A DNA stretch of 64,000 nucleotides from a virus: IMG/VR virus record IMGVR_UViG_3300009509_000006, positions 34,059-98,058 of that record; one strand, written 5' to 3'. The notes below the pieces were generated by a model. The model saw nothing but the letters and a program-made list of their open reading frames with translations. It searched no databases and had not been told where the DNA came from. Both the position numbers and the translations under genes were made by a program. Below are positions 54,301-63,112 of this stretch, piece after piece; position 1 is the stretch's first letter, and every line of letters starts with the position of its first letter.

Positions 54301-55563
54301 TCAGGCTCTCCCCAACTCTATCAGGTCCACCCTCACCTGCCATTTCAACTCCGGGTCCGCCTCCAACGCCTCCTTCACCGAATTCATGTTCGGGAACTCT
54401 CGCTCGCGGTACACCCAGGGGCTCGATTTGTTGTCCGGGTTCTTCTTCGCGATCAATCCGAACTTCCTGGCCTTCGAGAACATCCATGCTTCGTCCCCCA
54501 CATCTCCCATCTTCTTGTGTTGGGTGTCGTAGAACACGATGTCGAACGAGCCTTTCGCCCTGGGCCGGTTCGTCTTGTTCTTCGTCACCCGGAAGTTAGC
54601 CGTGCAGAATGGCGCAAAATCGAACGTCTCCTCGCTGTACTTATCCGGGTACGTGACTTTCGAATACCGGACCTCGGTGCAGGCAGCATACTGCGCCATC
54701 TTGCCTCCAACCTTGTCCTCAGGATTGCCGTAAGTCTGGCCGATCTTCACACGGGTCTGATTCGAGCAGAGCAGCGTCGGCAAGCGGGAACCCTTTCGCC
54801 GAATCGCCAGCATGCCCGACAGGAACTTGCGCGTACCCCTCGAGATCAGCTTCGCCTGGAGCGCCACCTCGTCCTTGCCGACCGAGACGTCGGTCTCCTT
54901 GTCCGGCACGAGCAGAGCCAGCGAGTCGATCACCACAAGGTCCACATGCCCCGTGCGGAGGAACAGGTCGCTCGCATCGACGCCCAACTCCCCGATCTCG
55001 GGCTCCATGAGCATCAGATTCTCGAGGTCGACACCGCACCGGGCTGCCCATGTGGGATCCCAGTCATTCTCGACAGTGATCAGAGCGACCACCGCGCCTC
55101 TCGAGGCCGAACACGCGCAGTATTTCAGGGGCTGACAGCAGATGGAGCAACACTGTTGCACCGAAGCAATAGAGTGGAGCAGCGTGTAGGTCTTCGCCGC
55201 GCCGGGGTCCCCGTACACAACGTGAAGCTTGCCAGCTTCCCAACCACCCTCGAGGGCGAAGTCGAGCGGAACGATGCCCGAAGGCCAACGAAGACGATGC
55301 GTCGCGGTAACATCACTGGCGATGTGCACGACATTCTTGCCGTAGGCCGGTTTGAGCGTCTTCGCCACGCCCTGGACGATATCACGGGGGCTCGCAGCCT
55401 CCAGCTTGGGCTCGTCCTTCTTGGACTTCTTCTTGGCCTTGGGTTTGGCCTTGGCCTTCGGTTTCGCCTTGGCCTTCTTTGTCTTCTTGGGCTCCTCGAC
55501 CTCTTCGAGCTCAGAAAGGCTTTCGGCCTTTGGCGAATCGTCTGATTTCTTTGACTTCGGCAT
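54301..55563 (-). CDS. recA: RecA recombinase with Cys-rich insertion
   Basis: SGIVPLDFALEGG, GDPGAAKT, VVIDSLALLVP, NQTRVKIG-YGNPE-GG and VTKNK motifs. Confidence 0.93.
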   Translation of the reverse strand: MPKSKKSDDSPKAESLSELEEVEEPKKTKKAKAKPKAKAKPKAKKKSKKDEPKLEAASPRDIVQGVAKTLKPAYGKNVVHIASDVTATHRLRWPSGIVPLDFALEGGWEAGKLHVVYGDPGAAKTYTLLHSIASVQQCCSICCQPLKYCACSASRGAVVALITVENDWDPTWAARCGVDLENLMLMEPEIGELGVDASDLFLRTGHVDLVVIDSLALLVPDKETDVSVGKDEVALQAKLISRGTRKFLSGMLAIRRKGSRLPTLLCSNQTRVKIGQTYGNPEDKVGGKMAQYAACTEVRYSKVTYPDKYSEETFDFAPFCTANFRVTKNKTNRPRAKGSFDIVFYDTQHKKMGDVGDEAWMFSKARKFGLIAKKNPDNKSSPWVYREREFPNMNSVKEALEADPELKWQVRVDLIELGRA

Positions 55564-55837
55564 CCAGCCGCTCCTTGACGATATTCTTCACGAATGCGAA
55601 CACCTCGGCGTGCTCTTCTGGGTAGCAGGGCATCTCGATCCCGACGAGCACGCGAACGCTCTCGTACTGCCCGATCCCGAATGTACCGCCGAGCTCGAGC
55701 TTCACCCGGGCAGGCTCGCTCTGAAACACGGAGACCTCGAGCGGCTCCTGAGACACCTCCTGCTTCTGCGTCTTCCCGTATCGGGTCAACGTGCGCTCCA
55801 CGAGCAGAGTTGACGATTCTCGTTTCTCACCCATCAT
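55511..55837 (-). CDS. Hypothetical protein
   Basis: GGAGG ribosome-binding site; T-x-x-x-GQYESVRV motif. Confidence 0.65.
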   Translation of the reverse strand: MMGEKRESSTLLVERTLTRYGKTQKQEVSQEPLEVSVFQSEPARVKLELGGTFGIGQYESVRVLVGIEMPCYPEEHAEVFAFVKNIVKERLDAEVKEIRRFAKGRKPF

Positions 55838-56628
55838 TCCTCCTTGGAGGCGACCACCGAGGCCCCCCAGACCTGCAGCTGCCCCCATCTTTCGTGAATG
55901 TCCTCGTAGAGCGACTGCCACTTCGCCTCTCCTCGAATGCAGTCGCCCTTCTCCTCGAAGGCCGTCTTTGCGGCCAGAATCATCTTCGACGTGTACAGGC
56001 GCTGCCCACCACCAGATCGGAGCGGAGTCGTCGGGATGCGCTGCTGCATCTCGAGCGCGATCACAGCATCCCGGGTACGGTTGAGCGCCTCAGCGAACAT
56101 TCGGATCCGGAACAAGCGCTCGGCCTTCACCGTCCCGTCCGCGTACCGGACACGCACCAGTGCGACTGGCGTGCGTGTCTTTCGACGTGTGTTCGAGGGC
56201 GGCGTGAACGTGCGGACGATCGATTCCACCATGTCAGGGGTGTAGACCCGATCGCCACGGCGTGATCGCAGCGGCGTGCTCTTGATCCGACCCTCCCGTA
56301 TCCAGGCACGAACGGACTGGATCGAGCGGCCGAGCACCGCGGCGAGCACCCCGACCGTATAAGCGGGGCCTTTGACCTCGCGACCGTCCGGGTAGAAGGC
56401 CACGTCCACTACCTTCCATCCCCGGTTCTTCGTGCTCACCAAGGAAGCCTGGCGCTGTTTCGTGCGCTCCACCCGTGCCGAGTCTTTGCGCCTCTTGCGG
56501 GAGTCACGATTGCGCTTGAGCACCTTCGCCCTATACGCCGGGTCGCTCTGGTACCTATCCCGGCGCTCGCGATTGAAGCCATCACGATGGCGCTCGTACC
56601 AAACTGCAAATGTCCAATCCGAAGACAT
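55834..56628 (-). CDS. Tandem MerR-like HTH DNA-binding protein
   Basis: Two repeats: YTVGVLAAVLGRSIQSVRAW...GDRVYT and FAEALNRTRDAV...GQRLYT. Confidence 0.8.
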   Translation of the reverse strand: MSSDWTFAVWYERHRDGFNRERRDRYQSDPAYRAKVLKRNRDSRKRRKDSARVERTKQRQASLVSTKNRGWKVVDVAFYPDGREVKGPAYTVGVLAAVLGRSIQSVRAWIREGRIKSTPLRSRRGDRVYTPDMVESIVRTFTPPSNTRRKTRTPVALVRVRYADGTVKAERLFRIRMFAEALNRTRDAVIALEMQQRIPTTPLRSGGGQRLYTSKMILAAKTAFEEKGDCIRGEAKWQSLYEDIHERWGQLQVWGASVVASKEE

Positions 56629-56647
56629 ATCGTGACCCCTCACCCCT

Positions 56648-56676
56648 GTTATACCGCGTAGAGACGCGATTGTCAA
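56648..56676 (-). promoter_or_regulatory. Sigma70-like promoter TTGACA-N17-TATAAC
   Basis: Near-consensus boxes with canonical spacing. Confidence 0.8.
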
Positions 56677-58013
56677 GCGGCGATGCGTTCGTAGAGGCGC
56701 TCCCGATTCAGCGCCCAGCGGTAGAAGAGCGGGACGGCGTCATCGCGGAAGTCGACGACGATCGGGACCTTCTTGCCCTCATACTCGCGGAGGATTCGAC
56801 CGACAGCCTGTTCGGCGTCGGAGGTCGGCATCACAAGGAACAAGGTGTCGAGTGGCGGCACGTCGAAGCCCTCAGCGGCGAACTGGTATGTGGCGAATAT
56901 GACCTGAGCCTCTTTCGCCTCGTCGAGCTTGGCGCCTTTCACTCCGCCGACGCAACGCCCCAGGCTGGGGATGTCTGCGATGTCGTTGTCCTGCTTCCAC
57001 ACGTGGACGAACAGGTTCTCAAGGATGTCGAGGTGCTTGAGCCGCTTCGACAGGATCAAGATGCGACGGCCAGCCTTCACAGCATCGAGCAGAGTGTTGA
57101 CGATCAGGAGGTTGCGCGCACTATTGTGCATCATCCATCGAAAGAGCAGCGAGTCGCTGACGTCTTCGGGGTCGATGCCGCTCCCCAAGACCCGAAACCG
57201 TGTGTAGATGCGCTTGATGTACGGCTTGAGCTTTGCCAAGTCGCCCGCGTGAATCATCGGGCCGATGTGGTACAGGAAAGCGTCGTCCGCTCCATCCTTG
57301 CGCTTCGGCGTCGCGGAGAGCCCCACCCGCCAGCGTGCGGGGAACCGCCCGGGGATCGTCGAGAACGTCGGGGCGCCCACCCGATGGACCTCATCGAAGA
57401 AGAGTAGTCCTGGCCACGCAAACAGGGTTGGAGGATAGTCGTGGTCGTAGAACGACTGCATCATCGCGACGGCAATGTGCTTGCCCGAGAACTCGCACCT
57501 GGGGCCCTGGATCACGCCGTACTCGGCTTGGGGCAAGAACTTCTCGAAGGCCTTGATCCATTGCGACATCAGGTTGTCGCGCTGCACGAAGACGATCGCA
57601 GGGACACCGAGGTCTGCGAAGAGCGCACAGGCGAAGACAGTCTTCCCCCATCCAGTCGCCGCCTTGACGATTCCGCCAAGCTTGCGGTCCAGGATCGGAC
57701 GGACTCGTTGGAATGCGAGCCGCTGTCCGGGGCGGAGCTGGCCGACGAACTTGATGTCGCCAGGCCACATGCTCGAGAGCCCCTCGGTGACGAAGAGCTC
57801 GACGTTGTGATTCAGCTGAGCATTGCCGAAGAAGTATTCACGCGGGACTCCGAACTCGGTCTTCGTCTCGGTCCAGAGCCGTAGCGTGTGCGCTTCCGCC
57901 TTCGGGTGTGTCGCACGGGTCGTGACCGTCAGGGCGAGCTTCAGGCGCCGGATCTTCTCGTAGCCGAGCTGCCGCTTCTCGAACCAGGCCCACGAGTCGA
58001 CACGTATGTCCAT
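56673..58013 (-). CDS. SF2 DExH helicase (UvsW/XPB-like)
   Basis: ATGWGKT, DEVH, GLSATP, EGFDVP and QAVGRILR motifs. Confidence 0.95.
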   Translation of the reverse strand: MDIRVDSWAWFEKRQLGYEKIRRLKLALTVTTRATHPKAEAHTLRLWTETKTEFGVPREYFFGNAQLNHNVELFVTEGLSSMWPGDIKFVGQLRPGQRLAFQRVRPILDRKLGGIVKAATGWGKTVFACALFADLGVPAIVFVQRDNLMSQWIKAFEKFLPQAEYGVIQGPRCEFSGKHIAVAMMQSFYDHDYPPTLFAWPGLLFFDEVHRVGAPTFSTIPGRFPARWRVGLSATPKRKDGADDAFLYHIGPMIHAGDLAKLKPYIKRIYTRFRVLGSGIDPEDVSDSLLFRWMMHNSARNLLIVNTLLDAVKAGRRILILSKRLKHLDILENLFVHVWKQDNDIADIPSLGRCVGGVKGAKLDEAKEAQVIFATYQFAAEGFDVPPLDTLFLVMPTSDAEQAVGRILREYEGKKVPIVVDFRDDAVPLFYRWALNRERLYERIAA

Positions 58014-58651
58014 CAGAAGGCCAGGTCTTTGTCTTTCCGCTTCGAGCGCATGCCGAGGATGCCGTACCCAGCGATGTCAGCCCAGGGGTCCTCGTCGAAA
58101 GCCCCCTTGTCGTTGGCGATCCGGAACATCTTGTCGATGAGCCGCACGAGCGCGAGCATGTCGAGATACTGATCGGGCTTCACCCCGTCGGGGTAGAGGA
58201 TCTCGAGGAGCTTGCAGGCCTTCTCGAACGAGTCGCCGTAGGCCTTGTTCTTGCGCTCGACCAGCTGGCCGATCATGAGCCCGAGCTCTTCGAAGGCGCC
58301 GAGCTCAACGTTGTCGATCAGATCCTCGGCAGTCCAAGGAAGCTCCTTGTCAATCGGCTTGCCGCCTTCGTGCTCCAGGTGTTCGGTGCCGGAAGGCTCA
58401 GTGTCGTCGGGAAACGGCATTCCTCTGGTCTCGGGCTCTGTTCCCATACTGCTCATTCTTCGTCTCCTCATTTCGTCGCGCTTTGCTTTGACGTCGGCGA
58501 GGCTGATCTCGGCCCAGGACTGCACAGAGCCCCCAGGGGGCACGTGCACGTGATCCGGAGCGCCAAACACGAGAATCTGCCCGGGCTTCATCTCGTCGTC
58601 CACGTAGACGTCCCACTTGCCGGCGAGCTTGCCCGCGTACCGAATCGTCAC
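58013..58651 (-). CDS. Protein with C-terminal DUF1599/Nmad1-like all-alpha NTP-pyrophosphatase-like domain
   Basis: RKNKAYGDSF...RLIDKMFRI...DPWADIAGYGIL motif. Confidence 0.65.
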   Translation of the reverse strand: MTIRYAGKLAGKWDVYVDDEMKPGQILVFGAPDHVHVPPGGSVQSWAEISLADVKAKRDEMRRRRMSSMGTEPETRGMPFPDDTEPSGTEHLEHEGGKPIDKELPWTAEDLIDNVELGAFEELGLMIGQLVERKNKAYGDSFEKACKLLEILYPDGVKPDQYLDMLALVRLIDKMFRIANDKGAFDEDPWADIAGYGILGMRSKRKDKDLAF

Positions 58652-58854
58652 AGCGTCGGCCTCCCCTCGGCCTTCTTCTTCTCTTCCGTGATCACGAAGT
58701 CGACCTCACCGAATGCGGCCCGGGCCCACCCCCGGGGCACCCGGTTGTGCTTGTCGAAAGCACGGACCTCCACCTCACGCACGATCCCGTCATTCTCAAC
58801 GTTCACGAGCAGACGGCCCGTCCCCAGAAACAGGGTCGAGTTGATCAGTCGCAT
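58648..58854 (-). CDS. Hypothetical protein
   Basis: GGAGGAG ribosome-binding site; coupled to neighbours. Confidence 0.5.
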   Translation of the reverse strand: MRLINSTLFLGTGRLLVNVENDGIVREVEVRAFDKHNRVPRGWARAAFGEVDFVITEEKKKAEGRPTL

Positions 58855-59086
58855 CGTCTCCTCCTCGCTTGTCGAAACAGGCTTGGCACAGGACGGCGTG
58901 CCCCGTGCTCTCTTCGCGATACCATCCCTTGGGGAGGTCCTCGGTGGTGAGCAGGATCTCCGGCGGCAGCTCAGCGAACAGCATGCCCATCGGGGATCTC
59001 GGTGGGGCTATGCTACGCTCGAAGCGCTCCACAACGCCACAGCCATCGCATCGAGCGACGAAGACCTTGATCTCATGTATGGGCAC
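58796..59086 (-). CDS. Zn-finger hypothetical protein
   Basis: CDGC and CQAC motifs; AGGAG ribosome-binding site. Confidence 0.55.
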   Translation of the reverse strand: MPIHEIKVFVARCDGCGVVERFERSIAPPRSPMGMLFAELPPEILLTTEDLPKGWYREESTGHAVLCQACFDKRGGDDATDQLDPVSGDGPSARER

Positions 59087-59103
59087 GGTCTTCTCCTGTA
59101 CGC

Positions 59104-59137
59104 GAAAGGGGGAGCCAGGTCAGTGCCCGGCTCCCCC
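59104..59137 (-). terminator. Rho-independent terminator after SSB
   Basis: Minus strand GGGGGAGCCGGG-loop-CCTGGCTCCCCC-TTT. Confidence 0.65.
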
Positions 59138-59177
59138 ATCCCCCGAGCCCTTGCTCGGTGCCTCACACCACCGGGGT

Positions 59178-60008
59178 TCAGAATGGGATGTCGTCCGCAT
59201 CCGCGTCGCTCGCGTCGAACGCGCCTCCGCCTCCATTGCTGACTTCCGAACTGCTCGTGCTGTCACCAGTCGGTCCGAAGCCGATGATCTCGTCCAGGAG
59301 GTCTTCGGGCGGCGGCGCCAGCACCTTCTCATAGTTGAAGGGCACCACCTTGCGGAGCAATCTCTTGCCATCCGACTCCGGGTCGAACTCGACCTGGAAC
59401 AGGTCCTTGAGCGCCTGCATCTTCTTCTCGTCGGCCTCGGCCTCGTCCCACATCCTCGACAGCGGCTTCCCGGCGTAGTTGGCGACCTGGAACACCTCGA
59501 AGAGGTCGACCGCCCGCTTGCGCTCGTGCTCGCTGCCGACCGAGGGCGACTTGTCATCGCCGTACCGGCGCGCGATGACTATACTTCCGGCCCAGGTCTC
59601 ACCCTCCTCCTTCAGCTCGAGCCTCTTGCGAATGATGGTGTCGTTCGTTCGGAACTTCGCGGGGAAGAGCTTCATCTCGTATTGGCGCTCCTTGCCTGAG
59701 CGATCCGTCCACTTCTGGCAGTCGACGACCGTGTAGGCATAGACCGAGTTGCGCCTCGAGGTCTTCGTCCGAGACCGGCCCAGTCGCACGCAGCACTTGG
59801 GAGTCTGAACTCGAGTGTCGCAGGTGATCCGCGTCCACCCATTCGGCCCCTTGAACTCGTGCTCGTAGTAGCCGTCCCCGGCTTCGTCGACCGTGACGAT
59901 CTCGCGCTTCTCCCCGTTCTTCATCCGAAAGCGATCAGGCCCGAAAAGCAGTGCTCGCCGGGCCTGTTCCTCCTTCGCCATCTGCTCCGCACTTTTCAAC
60001 CAACTCAT
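59178..60008 (-). CDS. Phage single-stranded DNA-binding protein
   Basis: gp32-like His/Cys arrangement; acidic tail ending DDIPF. Confidence 0.82.
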   Translation of the reverse strand: MSWLKSAEQMAKEEQARRALLFGPDRFRMKNGEKREIVTVDEAGDGYYEHEFKGPNGWTRITCDTRVQTPKCCVRLGRSRTKTSRRNSVYAYTVVDCQKWTDRSGKERQYEMKLFPAKFRTNDTIIRKRLELKEEGETWAGSIVIARRYGDDKSPSVGSEHERKRAVDLFEVFQVANYAGKPLSRMWDEAEADEKKMQALKDLFQVEFDPESDGKRLLRKVVPFNYEKVLAPPPEDLLDEIIGFGPTGDSTSSSEVSNGGGGAFDASDADADDIPF

Positions 60009-60107
60009 CGATCCCTCCTTATCCCTTCGTTTCCCGCAGGATCCCTCGACTTCGGAGGCCCGCCCGCTTCAATACGACTCCCGCGTAGCGACCTCCCAGC
60101 GAAGGTC

Positions 60108-60137
60108 ACTATACCGGGTAGCAGCCCCGATTGTCAA
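60108..60137 (-). promoter_or_regulatory. Sigma70-like promoter TTGACA-N18-TATAGT
   Basis: Upstream of the SSB gene. Confidence 0.7.
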
Positions 60138-61093
60138 GAGCGGAGATAGCCACCTTGTCTTTCTTTTGGACCGACCGCGAAGGCGTCATCGGGATTCCAT
60201 TTATTCTCTCTGGCCATCCGAAAGATAGTACCGAGGCCCCGGCCGCCCGCGGACTTCTTGAAGCTCTTCCACTTGGTCTCGAGCTCTTTGATGCCGGGGT
60301 ACTTCGAAGACCGCTGCGACCACTCGTCCCACATCTGGAATCCCTGGCCATTGCCGTCTCCCATGGCGTCCCAGGACTGGAGCGCAAACCCGACGTGGAG
60401 CCAGACGTCGTAGTCCTCGGGCTCGATGTGCGCCAGGGCTGCTCTGACCGTCGCCGCGTCCCGCGAGTACGGGTCGAGGTAACAATTGCTCGGCCGTGAC
60501 CCGCCTTCGGACAAGAAGCCTTCCCGGGGGAAGAGGCGGCGCGTCCAGTAAGGTGCTCCAGGGGGGCGCTTCTCAGGGTACTTGCGCCAGGTGTAGACGC
60601 GCCCACTCGCGTGTATCGAGGGTGGGCTGACCACGTAGCCGCGGCTCAGCACGTCAATCCCTCGGGATGTTCCACGCTGTGTCATCCGTCCGATCGGGTA
60701 GTCGTCTTCTCGGTGATAGTAGTAATGCCAGCCTTTTCCCGTCGACACGGACACAGTCCTGATAATGCCGCGCTCCATGGCTTCGACGAGAGCGGCCTGG
60801 CTGTCGAGATCGAGAACGACGAGATTCGAGGGCTCAAGCAGGATGCCGACGTTGGCCTTCGGGTTCCTGGACCAGAAGTCTCGCACCTCGTCGGCACCGA
60901 GGCGCAGCTTGTGATAGCCGAACCCCGTGATCGGCGCCTTGCCGACCTCCCTGGGCTTGTGGTCCTTGCCACACGCGCACTTGCCGAAGGAATCCGGGTA
61001 GCAGAGCGGGATCGGATACCAGCCGAGCGCCACGTAGCGCAGCGCGTCGGCCATCGGGTTCGTCAATACCAGGCTGCGGTCGTGCATGTTCAT
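60134..61093 (-). CDS. Bifunctional primase-polymerase (Prim-Pol + PriCT-2)
   Basis: GWYPIPL, GKAP, NVGI, VVLDLD, TGKGWHYYY and VVSPPSIH motifs; YDVWLHVGFAL...WDEWSQRSSKY. Confidence 0.93.
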   Translation of the reverse strand: MNMHDRSLVLTNPMADALRYVALGWYPIPLCYPDSFGKCACGKDHKPREVGKAPITGFGYHKLRLGADEVRDFWSRNPKANVGILLEPSNLVVLDLDSQAALVEAMERGIIRTVSVSTGKGWHYYYHREDDYPIGRMTQRGTSRGIDVLSRGYVVSPPSIHASGRVYTWRKYPEKRPPGAPYWTRRLFPREGFLSEGGSRPSNCYLDPYSRDAATVRAALAHIEPEDYDVWLHVGFALQSWDAMGDGNGQGFQMWDEWSQRSSKYPGIKELETKWKSFKKSAGGRGLGTIFRMARENKWNPDDAFAVGPKERQGGYLRS

Positions 61094-62376
61094 CAGAAGA
61101 TCGGGTCCTCTTCGACATCGTCCGGCGTGCCATGCTCGTCTGCGTCACCGCCGCCGTAGGGGTTCTGATCGCCGAAGTGCATCGTGTCGAAGTCCCAGTT
61201 GCTATCGAAATCCGGGATCACACTCTCGCGGGCCTTCATCGTGTGCACGGTCATGATGCCGTCCTGGCGCTGCTTCTCGTCCTGCACGAGAGCGAAGGCC
61301 AGATCAGCATTCTGCCCACCCACGTCCGAGAGCCCGATGTTGTCGATCGAGCTCGACGTGACGCTTCCGACCTTGGCCTCGCGGTTGAACTGTGCCGAGA
61401 CTGCGATCGGGATCCCGTACTTCTTCTTGAGACGCGCCAGGCCGTTGTAGGCCTCGGCCATGCGCTCGTTCCGCGTGCGGCCTGGAACACGCAGAAGGTA
61501 GGCGCCGTCCAGCACGCAGAGCTCGGGCTCGCACTCGCCGATCGAGGCGTCTACCGCATCCATTGAGAAGTCGAAGTCGCCGCCGACGATCAGGAGACGG
61601 TTGTCGTCATCGAAGGCCTGAGCGGCTTTGTACAGGCGCGGCTCCGAGTAGATGTCGAGGTCGCCGCGACGCATCGCGCGGTACGGGAGCTTCTCGTACA
61701 TGGCGAGGAAGCGCTGCACGATCGTGCGGCGGGCCATCTCGGTCGAGATGAACAGCACCTTCCGGTTGTCCTTCCACGCAGTCAACGTGATCAAGATCAA
61801 TGCCCAGGTCTTGCCCACCGAGGTTCGAGCCACGAACAGAACAAGGTCCTCGGGCCACATGCCGAAGGTCTCGATGTTCAGAGTCTTCCAGGGGAAGGGG
61901 ATCCCGCGAAGGCCTCCCTTGATCGCCTCGTAGTGGCTGATCACATCGGGCACGATGTCGGCGAAGCGATGCACCCGTAGGGTGGCCAAGCGCTCAGCCC
62001 TGATGTCCTCGACGGCAGCCAGTGTGCGCTCCCACGCCTTCTCCGGGGCGTGGCCCTGCAGCAACCCCTGGATTTCCGACCGATGCGCGTCGAGCTTGAA
62101 GTGCAGCCGGATCCTCTTGACGGAGTCGATCCAGACCTCGAGCTTCTGGCCGTCGGAAGCCGGGACGTCGATGTCGGTGAAGCCTGCGATGTGCTCGCGC
62201 GTGGGCAGCACGCTGTACTTCGCCGCGTGGTCGAGGATGAAACGATAGGCGTCGGCGGCCTCGGGGTCCTGCAGGTGCGATGGCGTGATGCCCTCTGCCA
62301 CAGCGAGCCGCAGTCCGGGCGGCCCGGCATCGAGAACAGCGGAAACGAGACTCATGAAAGGGTCAGGCATCGTCAT
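61093..62376 (-). CDS. dnaB: DnaB-like replicative helicase
   Basis: ARTSVGKT, ISTEM, VLDGAYL, AQFNR, GQNAD and KARE motifs. Confidence 0.93.
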   Translation of the reverse strand: MTMPDPFMSLVSAVLDAGPPGLRLAVAEGITPSHLQDPEAADAYRFILDHAAKYSVLPTREHIAGFTDIDVPASDGQKLEVWIDSVKRIRLHFKLDAHRSEIQGLLQGHAPEKAWERTLAAVEDIRAERLATLRVHRFADIVPDVISHYEAIKGGLRGIPFPWKTLNIETFGMWPEDLVLFVARTSVGKTWALILITLTAWKDNRKVLFISTEMARRTIVQRFLAMYEKLPYRAMRRGDLDIYSEPRLYKAAQAFDDDNRLLIVGGDFDFSMDAVDASIGECEPELCVLDGAYLLRVPGRTRNERMAEAYNGLARLKKKYGIPIAVSAQFNREAKVGSVTSSSIDNIGLSDVGGQNADLAFALVQDEKQRQDGIMTVHTMKARESVIPDFDSNWDFDTMHFGDQNPYGGGDADEHGTPDDVEEDPIF

Positions 62377-63040
62377 CTCCCCCGAAGAGCTCGTCACAGA
62401 GAGCGTCCTGGCGCCGCTCTCGATAGTTCTCGCCGATAACGGGCACGGGAACGATGGAAGTGACGCCACCCAGAAAGTCGGAAAGGTCCTCCTCCGGGTT
62501 CAGGCGCGTCGTAATGATCGTGACCTTGCGATTCTCCGCTCGTCTGCGCGCAAGATGCAGGAACTCCGGCCTGCCATAGAACTTGTCCTCGAGGTCGAAA
62601 TCCGTGAGGTCGTCGATCACCAGGCAAATCACATCGAGGCAACGCTGGCGCATCGAGAACTCGTCGCTGTAGCGCTCATTGCGCCGAAGCGCCTCGCGAT
62701 ACTCGGCCGCCGACAACCACAGCACATCGAAGCACTTGAGATAGGCGGCCTTCGCCAGCACGCTCGCGATGCTCGACTTGCCCACCCCGGCAGCGCCCCA
62801 GAAGAAGAGCGCGAGGCCCATGCGAAGGAACTCTTCGAGACGCTCCTGGATACGCGACACCGGGGTCTTCGCCGACTCGGGAATCGCCTTGTCGTGAGCT
62901 CGCCAGAGCAGCTTCGGAACGCCCATGCTCTGCAAGTCGGTCTTCGTGATCTTGCGAGGCGGCTTCGGCGGAGACGGTGGCGATTGCGCCGCCTCCTCTG
63001 CCGCCAGCCGCGCAAACATCTCTTGATTCGATTCACCCAT
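62363..63040 (-). CDS. DnaC/IstB-like helicase loader
   Basis: GAAGVGKS, LVIDDL and TIITT motifs. Confidence 0.88.
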   Translation of the reverse strand: MGESNQEMFARLAAEEAAQSPPSPPKPPRKITKTDLQSMGVPKLLWRAHDKAIPESAKTPVSRIQERLEEFLRMGLALFFWGAAGVGKSSIASVLAKAAYLKCFDVLWLSAAEYREALRRNERYSDEFSMRQRCLDVICLVIDDLTDFDLEDKFYGRPEFLHLARRRAENRKVTIITTRLNPEEDLSDFLGGVTSIVPVPVIGENYRERRQDALCDELFGGDDDA

Positions 63041-63056
63041 CTTCGTCTCCTATGTA

Positions 63057-63112
63057 GTGACCGAGTGACCAAGTGACCAAGTGACCAAGTGACCAAGCGA
63101 CCAAGTGATCAA
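63057..63112. repeat. Seven tandem copies of 8-bp GTGACCAA
   Basis: gtgaccga, gtgaccaa x4, gcgaccaa, gtgatcaa; fills the gap between initiator and loader genes. Confidence 0.95.

Noticed and set aside
54161-54310. Small Cys-rich frame (CSKC...CPKC) between recA and the nuclease gene
   Set aside because: It may be real, but I could not find a convincing start codon, so it is not called.
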